Assembly (NCBI GenBank): GCA_963805855.1
Contig: CAWDVW010000005.1
Coordinates: 224,001 to 288,000, forward strand
DNA: 64,000 nucleotides
Direction: 5' to 3'
Origin: Candidatus Dadabacteria bacterium
Lineage (GTDB): Bacteria; Desulfobacterota_D; UBA1144; Nemesobacterales; CSP1-2
Positions 21,403 through 32,345 of the stretch are shown here, one piece after another; the first letter of the stretch is position 1, and every line of letters starts with the position of its first letter. The notes beneath the pieces were generated by a model. That model saw only the letters and a program-made list of their open reading frames with translations, was not told where the DNA came from and did no database searches. The position numbers and the translations under genes were made by a program.

Positions 21403-23130
21403 TTACTTACGAGCGCTGAACTTAAGACCCGTTGTTGCGCGATCCCAGGTCTTTTCTGCAATCTCTTTTATTTCCGCCACCTTGATCTTCTGAGTTGCAG
21501 TAACGGGGAATCCATCCTCGTAAACCTCTATAAACCTTGGAACCATTGCCACCATTACCTGATCTGCCATCCATTTGCTAAACTCCACTGGATCAAACGA
21601 GGCCCCGGGCTTCAAAGTTACATTGAGCTTGATCTCGTCATCAGAAACATTTGGAAGCCTGATGCCAACCGCTATCGCCTCTTGAATAGACTCATAACGC
21701 ATCGCCAGATCCTGCACCGCTATAGGATCAACGTTCTCCCCTGACACCCGTATGCGGCTGAATCTCCCAACGAAGTAATATCTTCCATCTATCCCCCTTG
21801 CAAACAGGTCATCTGAATTGAAAAACCCATCATCATCAAAGGCCTCCCTCGTTCTCCTTTCGTCTTTGAAATATTCATTTAGTGTGGTGTGGGGAACCAA
21901 CGGTTTAATAAAAACCAATCCCTTTGCCTCTTCGGGCGGCGTGTGATCTTCATACGGATCCCAGAACGGCCTAAGAACCTTGTCACTATCTTGCGGGTCG
22001 CGGAGTTCAACATAGTAGCCCTCCATCGGGAAACCTGACGAACCAGGACGGTGATCCTCCGGATCCTTCCAAAGAACCATGCCCATCTCAGTCGACCCAT
22101 AACCGTCTATAACACGAACCCCGAATCTGTCCTGAAATTCCCGAAGATTACGGGGAGCTGGAGAGCCAAGCATTATCCGAATCTTATGCTTATTATCCCA
22201 TTCGCTTGGTTTAGCGGCCCACAGATACTCTGCTATCGCTCCCAACATATTTGCACATGTAGCCCCGCACTCAGATGCCCACTTCCAGAAGCTCGATGCA
22301 GAGAATCTAGGATAAAATACCGCTGTGGCACCGGCTCCAACGGCACTGAATAGACACATAACCTGCGCGTTTGCGTGACCAAGCGAAAGGACGCTCATTA
22401 AGACATCTTCACTACGTATGCCTTGCTGCTGGAGATATCCGCGCACAGTCATTACGACGCCGCCGTGGTTGCGGGCAACACCCTTCGGCATTCCGGTAGT
22501 ACCCGACGTAAACATGCATCTTTCCATATCAGAAACCGCTACGTCAACGCCCGGGTTATCCTCCGAAAACCCATCAAAAGCGCTGAATGGAAGGGTCTTT
22601 ATTCCATTTATGTCTTTTGGAACGGCGCCGGGATCATCTGTTACAAAGATTGTTTTCAGATTAGTCAGATCCTTCGAAATCTCCTGAATAAAAGGAACGC
22701 TACCCGGATCAACGACCAAGGCAACCATGTCCGAATAATTTATAACGTATGCAAGCCTCTCACCCTTTTCGTCCTTATTGATAGGCACCTGAACTCCGCC
22801 GGCCTTGTGAATAGCGATAATAGATGCCACATACTCGGAGCAATTAATCATATACATGCCTACCTTATCGCCCTTTTTTACGCCAAATTCCTGTATAAGA
22901 CCATTTGCTACCCTGTTCGCCCATTTATTGGTCTCTCCATATGAGTAACTTTCTACAAGTTTGCCGTCCTTATCAGCAACCCTGAACATCGTCTTGTCAG
23001 GATAATTTTCGGCTCCCTTCTCTAAGTATCGCGTTATTGGCAACCATTCAGATGTATCATCAAAGGTACCGTTTGGTAAAGTCCCCTTACCCATGTACTT
23101 AGAATCGCGTGGTTTGAATAGCAGAAGCAT
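21403..23130 (-). CDS. AMP-dependent acyl-CoA ligase (CaiC-like), paralog 1
   Basis: FTSGTTGMPKG, GYGSTE, RFSASSFW, GENV; near-duplicate of 24959-26686. Confidence 0.85.
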   Translation of the reverse strand: MLLLFKPRDSKYMGKGTLPNGTFDDTSEWLPITRYLEKGAENYPDKTMFRVADKDGKLVESYSYGETNKWANRVANGLIQEFGVKKGDKVGMYMINCSEYVASIIAIHKAGGVQVPINKDEKGERLAYVINYSDMVALVVDPGSVPFIQEISKDLTNLKTIFVTDDPGAVPKDINGIKTLPFSAFDGFSEDNPGVDVAVSDMERCMFTSGTTGMPKGVARNHGGVVMTVRGYLQQQGIRSEDVLMSVLSLGHANAQVMCLFSAVGAGATAVFYPRFSASSFWKWASECGATCANMLGAIAEYLWAAKPSEWDNKHKIRIMLGSPAPRNLREFQDRFGVRVIDGYGSTEMGMVLWKDPEDHRPGSSGFPMEGYYVELRDPQDSDKVLRPFWDPYEDHTPPEEAKGLVFIKPLVPHTTLNEYFKDERRTREAFDDDGFFNSDDLFARGIDGRYYFVGRFSRIRVSGENVDPIAVQDLAMRYESIQEAIAVGIRLPNVSDDEIKLNVTLKPGASFDPVEFSKWMADQVMVAMVPRFIEVYEDGFPVTATQKIKVAEIKEIAEKTWDRATTGLKFSARK

Positions 23131-23320
23131 ATTTATCCTCCTTCACTAATTTACGGTATTTTATTTAAAAAGCGGTTTAAAAACATTTTAACCAAATTCT
23201 TTTAATTAGCTATCTTTAAATGTCACATAGATCTTCTAAGTCACAGTATACTTGCACCAAGATCAACGAACCATTCAAAAGGACAACTATTTTACCCTAT
23301 TTTTTTAATCCAAAACAAGT

Positions 23321-23625
23321 GTTGTCGCGACCGGAACATCATCACCCGATCTCTCTACATGATTAGTGGCTGCCCATAGAAAGAGCACGACATCGTGGTT
23401 AGAAACATCATAGGAAGCAGTATTTTTAGCATAGGGATTCTTGGATTCCTTTCGATTATTCATCCAATTAATGTCAACTCAAGCGTCCTGAAGTATGAGC
23501 TTCCGGTCATGATTCTCTTCGCATTATCGGCGATTCCGATAATGAAGACGGGCTCCAAAGTATCCCGCCTTGAAGGAGTTTTTCCTCTCCTATTCTATTC
23601 ACTCTTTGTCATTTTCCTTTTCTGA
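23321..23625 (+). pseudogene. Remnant of a Ca2+/Na+ antiporter (YrbG/CaCA family), C-terminal part
   Basis: VVATGTSSPDLST (degenerate GTSxPE repeat), then in-frame TGA at 23360-23362 and a frameshift into DIVVRNIIGSSIF...VSRLEG; 5' part missing. Confidence 0.75.
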
Positions 23626-23908
23626 AGTAGGTGATACGTTACACAACAAAAACTAATGTGAGAGAAGAAGGGCGCACCCATTCCTGCCAACAAAGATAAA
23701 CGATGTGCCGTCGTGTTTATATTTTAAATGGTCTAGATTTGTTCTTGCTTTAATTTCAGCTCGGCGCTAGTATGATCTATGATAGTAGAAATTAGACTGC
23801 ACAAGCACTATTAACATTATAGTCATCGAATATTATGCTTAATCAATATTATTCTCCAACAGAGCTTTTCTGCCATCCATTGCGTCCGTAGCCCAATACT
23901 ATGGTCAA

Positions 23909-24493
23909 ATGACGATGCCACTTGGGGAAAATAATATGGAAGAAAAGGAATTATTAAAGTTAATAAAAAGCAATTATGGTGCGATAGCAGAGGATTTGCT
24001 AGAGAGTAAAAGAGTTGATGAAATAAAAACAGCAATTGAAGCTTTTCTTGATCAAAAATTAACTGGCAACGATTTGTTGTCGTTAAGATATAAAAAATTT
24101 AGATCTGGTTCAGAAACAATACCTACGCTTTGGTCTGATGAGAAGGGATTATACCCGAGGAACGGCTTAGCGTATTTGAAAAATTGGTTGAATTATTTAG
24201 AGCAATATTTAGACGCCAAACGCGTAAAAAAACGTCTTGAGAATGAAAATTTGTGGGTTGAATCACATTTTGAGAGTGGAGAAGAGCACCTGTTTATTGG
24301 AGATAAGGATAAACGTGGCCAGCATGTACACGTTATTCGCGGTAGGACCGGAGAGTTAAGAGTAGATGAGAAAGATTTAGCTCCCCAACATTTGGTTTCA
24401 AAGGTTGAATCGACGCTCGAAGTTACCCTTGTTAGCGGACAGAAGGTCAGGTCAGTTAAGGGAATTTTAGAGTTTATAAAAGATAGTGAATAA
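23909..24493 (+). CDS. Hypothetical protein (orphan, AT-rich)
   Basis: 194-aa open frame, hydrophilic; probable start MEEKELL at 23936; no recognised motif. Confidence 0.6.
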   Translation: MTMPLGENNMEEKELLKLIKSNYGAIAEDLLESKRVDEIKTAIEAFLDQKLTGNDLLSLRYKKFRSGSETIPTLWSDEKGLYPRNGLAYLKNWLNYLEQYLDAKRVKKRLENENLWVESHFESGEEHLFIGDKDKRGQHVHVIRGRTGELRVDEKDLAPQHLVSKVESTLEVTLVSGQKVRSVKGILEFIKDSE

Positions 24494-24589
24494 ACCATTA
24501 CAATTCCTCTAGTAATTCAAGGCGTGCCATTGTGAACAGCCACTCTTAGAAAAATAATATAGTTTACTTAACAAGGGCCGTTCAAACCG

Positions 24590-24890
24590 TGTCATGTCGA
24601 GTCGACCCAATATGTCATCTCGAACCTTGTCCTGAGCGACCGCGAAAGAACTGTGAGAGATCTTGTAGTTAAGCCGGAAAATACAAAAGCAACGGAAAGA
24701 TTTCTCATTTTCATTCGAAATGACAGGAGGTGGGCGAAAGGAAAACATTTCTCGGTCGTCGTGGCACCTAAGTCTGTCATCTCGAACGAACGTGAGAGAT
24801 CTTAGTACTAACGTCGGCAAAAGCAAAAGACAATGGAAAGATTTCTCATGGAGCCTGTACTAAGCTCATCCGAAGTGCTCAGTGTGAACG
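24590..24890. repeat. Cluster of GTCAT...ATGAC REP-like palindromes
   Basis: Two units GTCATCTCGAAC...GTGAGAGATCTT followed by GGAAAGATTTCTCAT, one closing with CGAAATGAC. Confidence 0.65.
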
Positions 24891-24958
24891 GAGATAATTC
24901 AATTTTGACGAAACCAGGAAGTGAGTTCTACGCCTGATAACGCTATCGAATCGATTTG

Positions 24959-26686
24959 CTATTTTCTTGCGCTGAACCTGAGGTTGGTCTTCGCCCTGTC
25001 CCAGGTATTATCGGTGATATTCTTTATCTCGGCGACCTTTATCTTCTGCGTCGCAGTTACGGGAAATCCTTCCTCATATACCTCAATAAACCTCGGAACC
25101 ATCGCAACCATAACCTGATCGGCCATCCACTTGCTGAACTCAACCGGATCAAAGGAAGCACCTTCCTTCAGTGTGACGTTCAGCTTTATTTCATCGTCTG
25201 CCACATCCGGCAGCCTGAGCCCCACGGCAATGGCTTCCCGTACCGCATCATAGCGCATTGCAATATCCTGCACGGCGATCGGATCGACATTTTCGCCTGA
25301 TACCCTGATCCTGCTAAACCTTCCGAGGAAGTAGTACCTGCCGTCGATTCCCCTTGCAAATAGATCATCGGAGTTAAAGAATCCATCGTCGTCGAACCCC
25401 TCTCTTGTCCTTCTCTCATCCTTAAAGTACTCGGTAAGCGTCGTGTGGGGAATAAATGGTTTTATAAAGAGTAATCCCTTCGCATAATCGGGGGGGTTGG
25501 GAATTTCGACCGGATCCCAGAAGGGGCGGAGGACCTTGCTCGTATCCTCGGGATCTCTCAGCTCTACATGGTACCCTTCCATCGGGAAACCTGATGAACC
25601 GGGCCGAAAATCCTCCGGGTCTTTCCAGGTTACCATACCCATCTCTGTAGACCCATAACCGTCTATTGCCCGAACCCCGAATCTTTTTTCAAATTCCCTG
25701 TGATTTCTTGGCGCGGGACCGGCAAGGACAGTACGGACCCGATTTTTTCCATCCCACTCGCTCGGTGGCGCGGCCCAGAGGTATTCCGAGATAGCTCCGA
25801 GCATATTGGTGCAGGTCGCACCGCATTCAGTTGCCCATTTCCAAAAGTTCGACGCGGAAAAACGAGGATATAATACCGCCGTTGCCCCGGCACCGATGGC
25901 GCTGAAAAGACACATTACCTGGGCGTTGGCATGACCCAAAGTAAGTACACTCATCAATACGTCCTCACTGCGAACCCCATGCTGAAGAATGTACCCCCTG
26001 ACAGTTAGAATGACACCGCCGTGATCTCTTACAACCCCTTTTGGCATTCCCGTTGTCCCCGAGGTAAACATGCACCGTTCCATATCCGCTACTGTGACTT
26101 CAATCCCCGGATCATCTGATGAAAAATCATTAAATGTTGAAAAAGGCAGGGCCTTAATTCCACCAATCTCATCGGGCACATCCTTCTCGTCCCCGGTCAT
26201 AAATATGGTCTTGACCTTCGTTAAATCCTTGGCAATCTCCCGGATCAGTGGAAGGCTATCGGGGTCGATCACCAAAGCCTTCATATCCGAATAGTTTATG
26301 ACATAGGCCAACCTCTCACCCTTCTCGTCCTTATTAATCGGCACCTGTACAGCCCCGCTCTTATGAATCCCGATAATCGAAATTACGTACTCCGAGCAAT
26401 TGATCATATAGATGCCGACCTTATCGCCCTTTTTAATCCCGAACCTCTTCCTCAAACCGTTGGCAACCCTGTTTGCCCACTCATTTGTCTCCTTGTAAGA
26501 ATAGCTTTCAGTAAGATTTCCGTCCCTGTCACCGACCCTGAACATCACCTTTTCGGGAAACGTCTCCGCTCCCTTTTCAAGGTAACGAGTTATGGGCAAC
26601 CACTTCGCCGTATCGTCAAATGAGCCATGCGGCAGCGTGCCCTCTCCGATAAACTTGGAATCTCGCGGTCTAAAATATAAAAGCAT
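24959..26686 (-). CDS. AMP-dependent acyl-CoA ligase (CaiC-like), paralog 2
   Basis: Same motifs and identical 575-aa length as 21403-23130. Confidence 0.85.
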   Translation of the reverse strand: MLLYFRPRDSKFIGEGTLPHGSFDDTAKWLPITRYLEKGAETFPEKVMFRVGDRDGNLTESYSYKETNEWANRVANGLRKRFGIKKGDKVGIYMINCSEYVISIIGIHKSGAVQVPINKDEKGERLAYVINYSDMKALVIDPDSLPLIREIAKDLTKVKTIFMTGDEKDVPDEIGGIKALPFSTFNDFSSDDPGIEVTVADMERCMFTSGTTGMPKGVVRDHGGVILTVRGYILQHGVRSEDVLMSVLTLGHANAQVMCLFSAIGAGATAVLYPRFSASNFWKWATECGATCTNMLGAISEYLWAAPPSEWDGKNRVRTVLAGPAPRNHREFEKRFGVRAIDGYGSTEMGMVTWKDPEDFRPGSSGFPMEGYHVELRDPEDTSKVLRPFWDPVEIPNPPDYAKGLLFIKPFIPHTTLTEYFKDERRTREGFDDDGFFNSDDLFARGIDGRYYFLGRFSRIRVSGENVDPIAVQDIAMRYDAVREAIAVGLRLPDVADDEIKLNVTLKEGASFDPVEFSKWMADQVMVAMVPRFIEVYEEGFPVTATQKIKVAEIKNITDNTWDRAKTNLRFSARK

Positions 26687-26972
26687 GAGCTTCCCTACTC
26701 ACTGAAATAAACCCACCACCCACGAATACAAATCGCAGCAAGTACCGTGCCAATGAACATTCAATTCATGTTTCTAATTACATGCCAAGTCATCTGCGGT
26801 GTATGCTTCGGCACAAGATATGATAACTTAAGCTGTGCCCAAATATTAAGCAGAAAAACCTATTTAATAAGCATTCATTTGTCGTATGTCATGAGTCGCA
26901 GGGTTCAAGAAGCTTTAAAAAGCTTGAACCCCCGATTTTTTTATCCACATATAATAACGGTAAATATTAATA

Positions 26973-27548
26973 TTAGTTTCTCTTCGCGATATCTATAAAG
27001 TTTTTCAAGACATCTTTTCCGAAATGTGTGAGTATTGACTCGGGATGAAACTGGACCCCCTCGAGCACGTATTCTTTATGCCTTATACCCATTATCTCCC
27101 CTTCGTCCGTCCATGCGGAAATCTCAAATTCATCGGGCAGCGATTTCTCTTCTACTATGAGGGAATGATACCTCGTCGCTTCAAAGGGATCGGGTATCCC
27201 GGAATAAATACTCCTAGCGTCATGATGTATCATGGACGTCTTACCGTGCAGAAGTCTTTTTGCTCTTACAATGTTTCCGCCCCTTGCATATGCCAGTGAT
27301 TGGTGACCCAGACATACCCCGAGCATTGGTTTTTTCCCAAAAAACTCCTTAATCAAATCGACGGAAATACCGGCTTCCCTTGGAGTGCAAGGACCGGGAG
27401 AAATCATTATCATCTCCGGGTCGAGCCTGCCGACGCCCTCCAGAGTAATTTTATCATTCCTGAATACTACAACCTGCTCCCCGAGCTCGCCAAGGTAGTG
27501 AACAAGATTGTAGGTAAAGGAATCATAGTTATCTATCATCAATATCAT
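26973..27548 (-). CDS. trpG: Anthranilate/aminodeoxychorismate synthase component II (glutamine amidotransferase)
   Basis: IDNYDSFTYNL, SPGPC, GVCLGHQ, TRYHSL, QFHPES; downstream of trpE. Confidence 0.88.
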   Translation of the reverse strand: MILMIDNYDSFTYNLVHYLGELGEQVVVFRNDKITLEGVGRLDPEMIMISPGPCTPREAGISVDLIKEFFGKKPMLGVCLGHQSLAYARGGNIVRAKRLLHGKTSMIHHDARSIYSGIPDPFEATRYHSLIVEEKSLPDEFEISAWTDEGEIMGIRHKEYVLEGVQFHPESILTHFGKDVLKNFIDIAKRN

Positions 27549-27612
27549 TGATCATACCCCGAATTATTATACATTATACGGTCCAATTCACCGCTTGGTA
27601 AGCGTTGTCCCG

Positions 27613-29097
27613 CTAAATTCCTGCCCTCGATACCTCTACGGCCTCTATAAGAGCCTTTACCTTATTCACGGTCTCAGTGTATTCCCTTTCGGGGTCTGAA
27701 TCCGCTACAATACCCGCACCGGCTTGAATATATACCTTTTTACCTTTGATCACAAAGGTCCTTATAGTAATGCATGTATCCATATTGCCGGAAAAGCTGA
27801 AATATCCGACAGCACCACCATAAGCACCTCTACGTGTAGGCTCCATTTCCTCAATAATTTCCATTGCTCTAATCTTAGGGGCGCCGGAAAGTGTTCCAGC
27901 CGGGAATGTAGCCTTTATAACATCAAACGCATCTTTATCAGCCTTTAACTCGGCAATCACATTTGATACTATATGCATCACATGCGAATACCTTTCAACA
28001 ATCATTAGCTCATCAACTTTAACTGTTCCGTATTTCGCAACCCGACCGAGGTCGTTTCTCGCGAGATCAACAAGCATAATATGTTCCGCTCTCTCTTTAG
28101 GATCGGCTAGCAATTCCTTTTCAAGCACCTTGTCGTTGGAGGGGTTTAACCCACGGGGTCTCGTACCAGCGATCGGTCGGTTTTCGATCCTGTCTCCCTC
28201 TACACGAACCATTACCTCTGGTGAAGATCCGACAAGATAGTCTTCACCCATCTTTAGGTAAAACATGTACGGTGAAGGATTTAATACCCTTAAAGCCCGG
28301 TATAAATCGAAAGGTACAATATTAAGATCGGTTTCCCAGCGCTGTGAGATAACTGATTGGATTATATCGCCCGCCCGAATATATTCCTTTGTTTTCCTGA
28401 CGGCTTCCAAAAACTCCTGGCGTTTAAAGTTTGACTTTAATCTCGGAGATCTCGTCTTATCTGAAAACATCCTCGATCTGGATTCATTTTGAGATAATGG
28501 TGATCGAAGTTTTTCTGTTAATTTCTCAATCTTTTCTACTGCTGCCCTATAAGCCCTTCTCGCTTCATTTGGTTTTGATACATACGCATTAGAAATGATC
28601 TTAAGCTTGTTATTGACGTTGTCAAATACCAAAACCGAATCAGTGATCATAAAAACCGAATCCCAAAGCTCAAGATCATCCTTTGCAATCTCCGGAAGCT
28701 TCTCAACAAATCTAACGACATCATAACCGAAATAGCCGACGGCTCCGCCATGAAATCTAGGCAAATCCGTATTAACTACCGGTGTATATCGTGATAAAAG
28801 TTCCCTTAAAGAATCGATGGGGTTCCCCTCAGTTTTTACTACCGTTCCGTTCTCTATGATTTCAATGTTACTCTCTTTTGACCTGAACACCACAGACGGT
28901 TCTGTCCCAAGAAAACTGTACCTACCCCACTTCTCTCCACCCTCTACACTTTCGAGAAGGAAAGCATATTCACCGGTTTCAATCTTCCGCAAAGCAGACA
29001 CAGGGGTATCAAAATCGGCCAGGATCTCGGTCCATACGGGAATAAGATTCCCATTTTTCAACTTCTCCTTAAACTCTGTAAAAGAAGGAAAAATCAT
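27613..29097 (-). CDS. trpE: Anthranilate synthase component I
   Basis: LLESVEGGEKWGRYS, NPSPYM, PIAGTRPRG, EHIMLVDLARND, GAPKIRAMEII; probable start MIFPSF at 29097. Confidence 0.93.
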   Translation of the reverse strand: MIFPSFTEFKEKLKNGNLIPVWTEILADFDTPVSALRKIETGEYAFLLESVEGGEKWGRYSFLGTEPSVVFRSKESNIEIIENGTVVKTEGNPIDSLRELLSRYTPVVNTDLPRFHGGAVGYFGYDVVRFVEKLPEIAKDDLELWDSVFMITDSVLVFDNVNNKLKIISNAYVSKPNEARRAYRAAVEKIEKLTEKLRSPLSQNESRSRMFSDKTRSPRLKSNFKRQEFLEAVRKTKEYIRAGDIIQSVISQRWETDLNIVPFDLYRALRVLNPSPYMFYLKMGEDYLVGSSPEVMVRVEGDRIENRPIAGTRPRGLNPSNDKVLEKELLADPKERAEHIMLVDLARNDLGRVAKYGTVKVDELMIVERYSHVMHIVSNVIAELKADKDAFDVIKATFPAGTLSGAPKIRAMEIIEEMEPTRRGAYGGAVGYFSFSGNMDTCITIRTFVIKGKKVYIQAGAGIVADSDPEREYTETVNKVKALIEAVEVSRAGI

Positions 29098-29212
29098 GCT
29101 CAGAATGATATAAAGGCGAGTTTTTAAAGTCAAGAAAGTGCGTTGACGGAAGAACCATGTATATTGTATTGCTATGAACAATTATCGATGTAACACCGGA
29201 GGCCCATGATCA

Positions 29213-30577
29213 ATGTTAACAATCAATCCTCGAATCTTCAGAGAGTATGATATTAGAGGAGTGGTCGATGAGGACATCGATGAAGTAGTCGTCGAGACTA
29301 TAGGCAAGGCCTATGGAACATACATCAGAAAGCTCGGCAAGGATACCGTGACTATCGGGCACGACTGTCGACTCAGTTCACCCAAACTTTCTGAAGCAAT
29401 GATTACCGGCATTACATCTGCGGGAGTCAATGTTGTTGATCTAGGAATGGTTACAACGCCTATGGTCTATTTCTCCCTTTTCAATCTCCCCGTCCATGGG
29501 GGAGTTGTAATCACGGCAAGTCATAACCCAAGCGAGTACAACGGAATTAAGCTCTGTGTGGACGGGGATTCACTCTTTGGCGAGGGCATACAAAAAATCA
29601 GAAGAATTGCCGAAGGAGGAAAATTCCAGAAAGGTACCGGTACAGTCAAGACACTTGACATAATGGACAGTTATTTAGACTATCTAAGAAAGAACGTTGA
29701 AATCGATCCAGGGGTCAGAGTGGCGATTGATTGTGGAAATGGGATGGTCGGTATCGTGGCCCCAAAGATTCTAAGGCACTTTGGCTGCGAATTAACAGAG
29801 CTTTATGTCGAACCGGATGGAAGGTTTCCCAATCATCATCCAGACCCAACTGTAGAGGAAAATATTAAAGACCTTATCGATGCCGTCCGTAGCCAAGGAC
29901 TTCAGCTGGGCTTAGGGTTTGACGGAGACGGTGATAGAATTGGGGTCGTCGACGAAAGAGGAACTATAATATGGGGCGACATGCTGGTTCTCATATTTGC
30001 GAGGCAAATTTTAAAACTCAATCCTAAAGCGAAGATCATAGGAGATGTGAAGTGCTCGGTTAGACTTTTTAAAGATATCGAGAGGAATGGCGGCATTCCA
30101 ATAATGTGGAAAACCGGACATTCACTCATGAAGAATAAAATGAAGCTTGAAAAGGCAGCCTTGGCAGGCGAGATGAGCGGGCACATATTTTTTGCCGACA
30201 GATACTACGGGTATGACGACGCCCTGTATGCAGCCCTGAGAATGCTTGAGATTATCTCCAAAACCGGAAAAAGGACATCGGAACTGCTGGAAGGGGTCCC
30301 GGACGCCTTCTCAACTCCTGAGATACGGGTTGATTGCCCGGACGAAACGAAATTCAAATTAGTTAATCAAACTAGAGAAGAGCTTAAGAAAGAATATAAT
30401 GTAATAGATATAGACGGTGTACGGGTCGAATTTCCCTATGGGTGGGGTCTTGTTAGGGCCTCAAATACTCAACCGGCATTGGTCTTAAGGTTTGAAGGCG
30501 ATACGCCTGAAAGGCTCGAGCAGATACGTTCTATCGTTGAAGATAAATTGGAAATCGCGAGGAACAAGTTGTGTTAA
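29213..30577 (+). CDS. Phosphomannomutase/phosphoglucomutase (AlgC-like)
   Basis: FREYDIRG, TASHNP, FDGDGDR, GEMSGH, RASNTQP. Confidence 0.93.
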   Translation: MLTINPRIFREYDIRGVVDEDIDEVVVETIGKAYGTYIRKLGKDTVTIGHDCRLSSPKLSEAMITGITSAGVNVVDLGMVTTPMVYFSLFNLPVHGGVVITASHNPSEYNGIKLCVDGDSLFGEGIQKIRRIAEGGKFQKGTGTVKTLDIMDSYLDYLRKNVEIDPGVRVAIDCGNGMVGIVAPKILRHFGCELTELYVEPDGRFPNHHPDPTVEENIKDLIDAVRSQGLQLGLGFDGDGDRIGVVDERGTIIWGDMLVLIFARQILKLNPKAKIIGDVKCSVRLFKDIERNGGIPIMWKTGHSLMKNKMKLEKAALAGEMSGHIFFADRYYGYDDALYAALRMLEIISKTGKRTSELLEGVPDAFSTPEIRVDCPDETKFKLVNQTREELKKEYNVIDIDGVRVEFPYGWGLVRASNTQPALVLRFEGDTPERLEQIRSIVEDKLEIARNKLC

Positions 30578-30720
30578 TTCTGGCTACCCGCTTACTCAGT
30601 ATCAGTTAAATTCGAATAATTCCTCCGATTCAAAAGCAGTTTTTCGTATGAATATGTGTCAAGGTAGCTATTCAATGGCGTTATTATCCAAACGGTCGTT
30701 AGGTATTGGAGGAATGCTCC

Positions 30721-32148
30721 ATGCAGAACTATGACATCGTAGTGATCGGCGGCGGGGCAGCCGGACTTACGGTCGCTGCGGGATCGGCAAAGTTTGGACT
30801 TAAGGTAGCATTGATCGAGAAGGAAAAATTAGGGGGCGATTGCCTCTATTATGGCTGTGTCCCAAGTAAAACGCTTATTCGTTCAGCAAAAATTGTTTCG
30901 TTAATAAGGAGGGCACATGAGTTCGGCCTTCATAAGGCGAGTCCATCGTTTGAATTCGAAAATGTGATCAGCCATGTATGGGACGTAATAGACAAAATAG
31001 GTGAGCACGACAATCCAGAGAGATTCAGGAAAATGGGGATCGACGTAATATTTGGCGTGCCAAGGTTTATTTCTTCAAGAGAACTGATGGTTGGCGGGAA
31101 GAAGATTAGAAGCAAGAAGTTCATCATATCTACGGGCTCCAGCCCGTTGATACCCGATATCGGGGGTCTCAGACAAGCAGGGTTTATAACTCACGTAGAT
31201 GTCTTTAATCTGAAAAAACTCCCCCCTTCCATAATTGTCATAGGCGCAGGGCCTATTGGAATGGAGATGTCCCAGGCATTCGCAAGATTCGGCTCCGAAG
31301 TAACTGTGATAGAAATGGAAAATCAAGTCCTGCCTAAAGAAGACATAGATATATCTAAAACACTCGAGAGTTGTCTGGCAAAAGAAGGGATTAGATTTCG
31401 CACGGGAAAAATTGTAAAGCGTGTTAATAATGAGAATGGGAAAAAGGCCGTCTTTTGTATAAAGGATGGAAAGGAGTTCGTACACAGGGCAGACGAGATC
31501 CTGCTCGCTGTCGGGCGCACCCCCAATACCGATGGACTAAACCTTGAAGCCTCAGGAGTTGAACACACCAAAAAAGGCATAACTGTAAACAGCAATCTCA
31601 AGACAACCGCCAAAAACATATGGGCATGCGGTGATGTCGTGGGGCCCTATCTCTTCACACACATGGCTGAATACCAGGCCGGAATAGTACTGAGGAACGT
31701 ATTATTCAGGTTGCCGGCGAAGGTTGACTATTCAGCGGTTCCATGGACAACATTCACCGATCCAGAGGTTGCCCACATAGGAGTGACGGAGAGCGAGGCA
31801 GTAGAAAAAGACCTAAACTACACTGTTTATAAATACAATTACAGCGACGTAGATAGAGCGGTTACAGAGGTGGAAGGTCACGGATTCGTCAAGATATTAA
31901 CCACCGGGTGGAAGGGAAAGATAATCGGGGCTCATATAATAGGCCCGAATGCCGGGGAATTGATACACGAGCTCATTTTGGCCATAAGGAAGGGTTTAAG
32001 CGTAAAGGATATTTCTTCAACAATCCATGTCTATCCGACACTCGCTCTGGGTACAAGACAAACCGCAGATTTATACCTCCACCAGAAGTTCTTCTCAGCG
32101 GGCTGGACTCAAAGGCTCTTAAGACTTGTCGTAAAAGTACTCAACTAG
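30721..32148 (+). CDS. FAD-dependent pyridine nucleotide-disulfide oxidoreductase (MerA/Lpd-like, no C-terminal Cys pair)
   Basis: GGGAAG, GGDCLYYGCVPSK redox disulfide, GAGPIG, HVYPT. Confidence 0.85.
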   Translation: MQNYDIVVIGGGAAGLTVAAGSAKFGLKVALIEKEKLGGDCLYYGCVPSKTLIRSAKIVSLIRRAHEFGLHKASPSFEFENVISHVWDVIDKIGEHDNPERFRKMGIDVIFGVPRFISSRELMVGGKKIRSKKFIISTGSSPLIPDIGGLRQAGFITHVDVFNLKKLPPSIIVIGAGPIGMEMSQAFARFGSEVTVIEMENQVLPKEDIDISKTLESCLAKEGIRFRTGKIVKRVNNENGKKAVFCIKDGKEFVHRADEILLAVGRTPNTDGLNLEASGVEHTKKGITVNSNLKTTAKNIWACGDVVGPYLFTHMAEYQAGIVLRNVLFRLPAKVDYSAVPWTTFTDPEVAHIGVTESEAVEKDLNYTVYKYNYSDVDRAVTEVEGHGFVKILTTGWKGKIIGAHIIGPNAGELIHELILAIRKGLSVKDISSTIHVYPTLALGTRQTADLYLHQKFFSAGWTQRLLRLVVKVLN

Positions 32149-32345
32149 GAAACTATTCCCCGAGGGCTAATAGTTGAACTTTCTAAGAACATAGATCCTC
32201 ATTTGTATCAAGCCCGGAAGCGACTCATAAGTAGGATTCATCCCTGGCGAAAATAATGGGTACCAATCCAAAAAAACATGGATACCCGATCAATGAATTC
32301 GGGCATCAGGAATTCTTGTCACGCGCAAATACAACTACGTTATAA

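Noticed and set aside
23395-23625. 76-aa membrane protein as an intact gene
   Set aside because: It is the tail of a disrupted CaCA antiporter (upstream stop and frameshift); recorded as a pseudogene.
24517-24530. Minus-strand TGGCACGCCTTGAA as a sigma54 promoter
   Set aside because: Lacks GC at the -12 position with the required GG-N10-GC spacing.
26941-26949. Perfect DnaA box TTATCCACA downstream of trpG
   Set aside because: Isolated single box with no cluster; could occur by chance.
30721-32148. Mercuric reductase merA
   Set aside because: No C-terminal Cys-Cys pair, no NmerA domain and no mer genes nearby.
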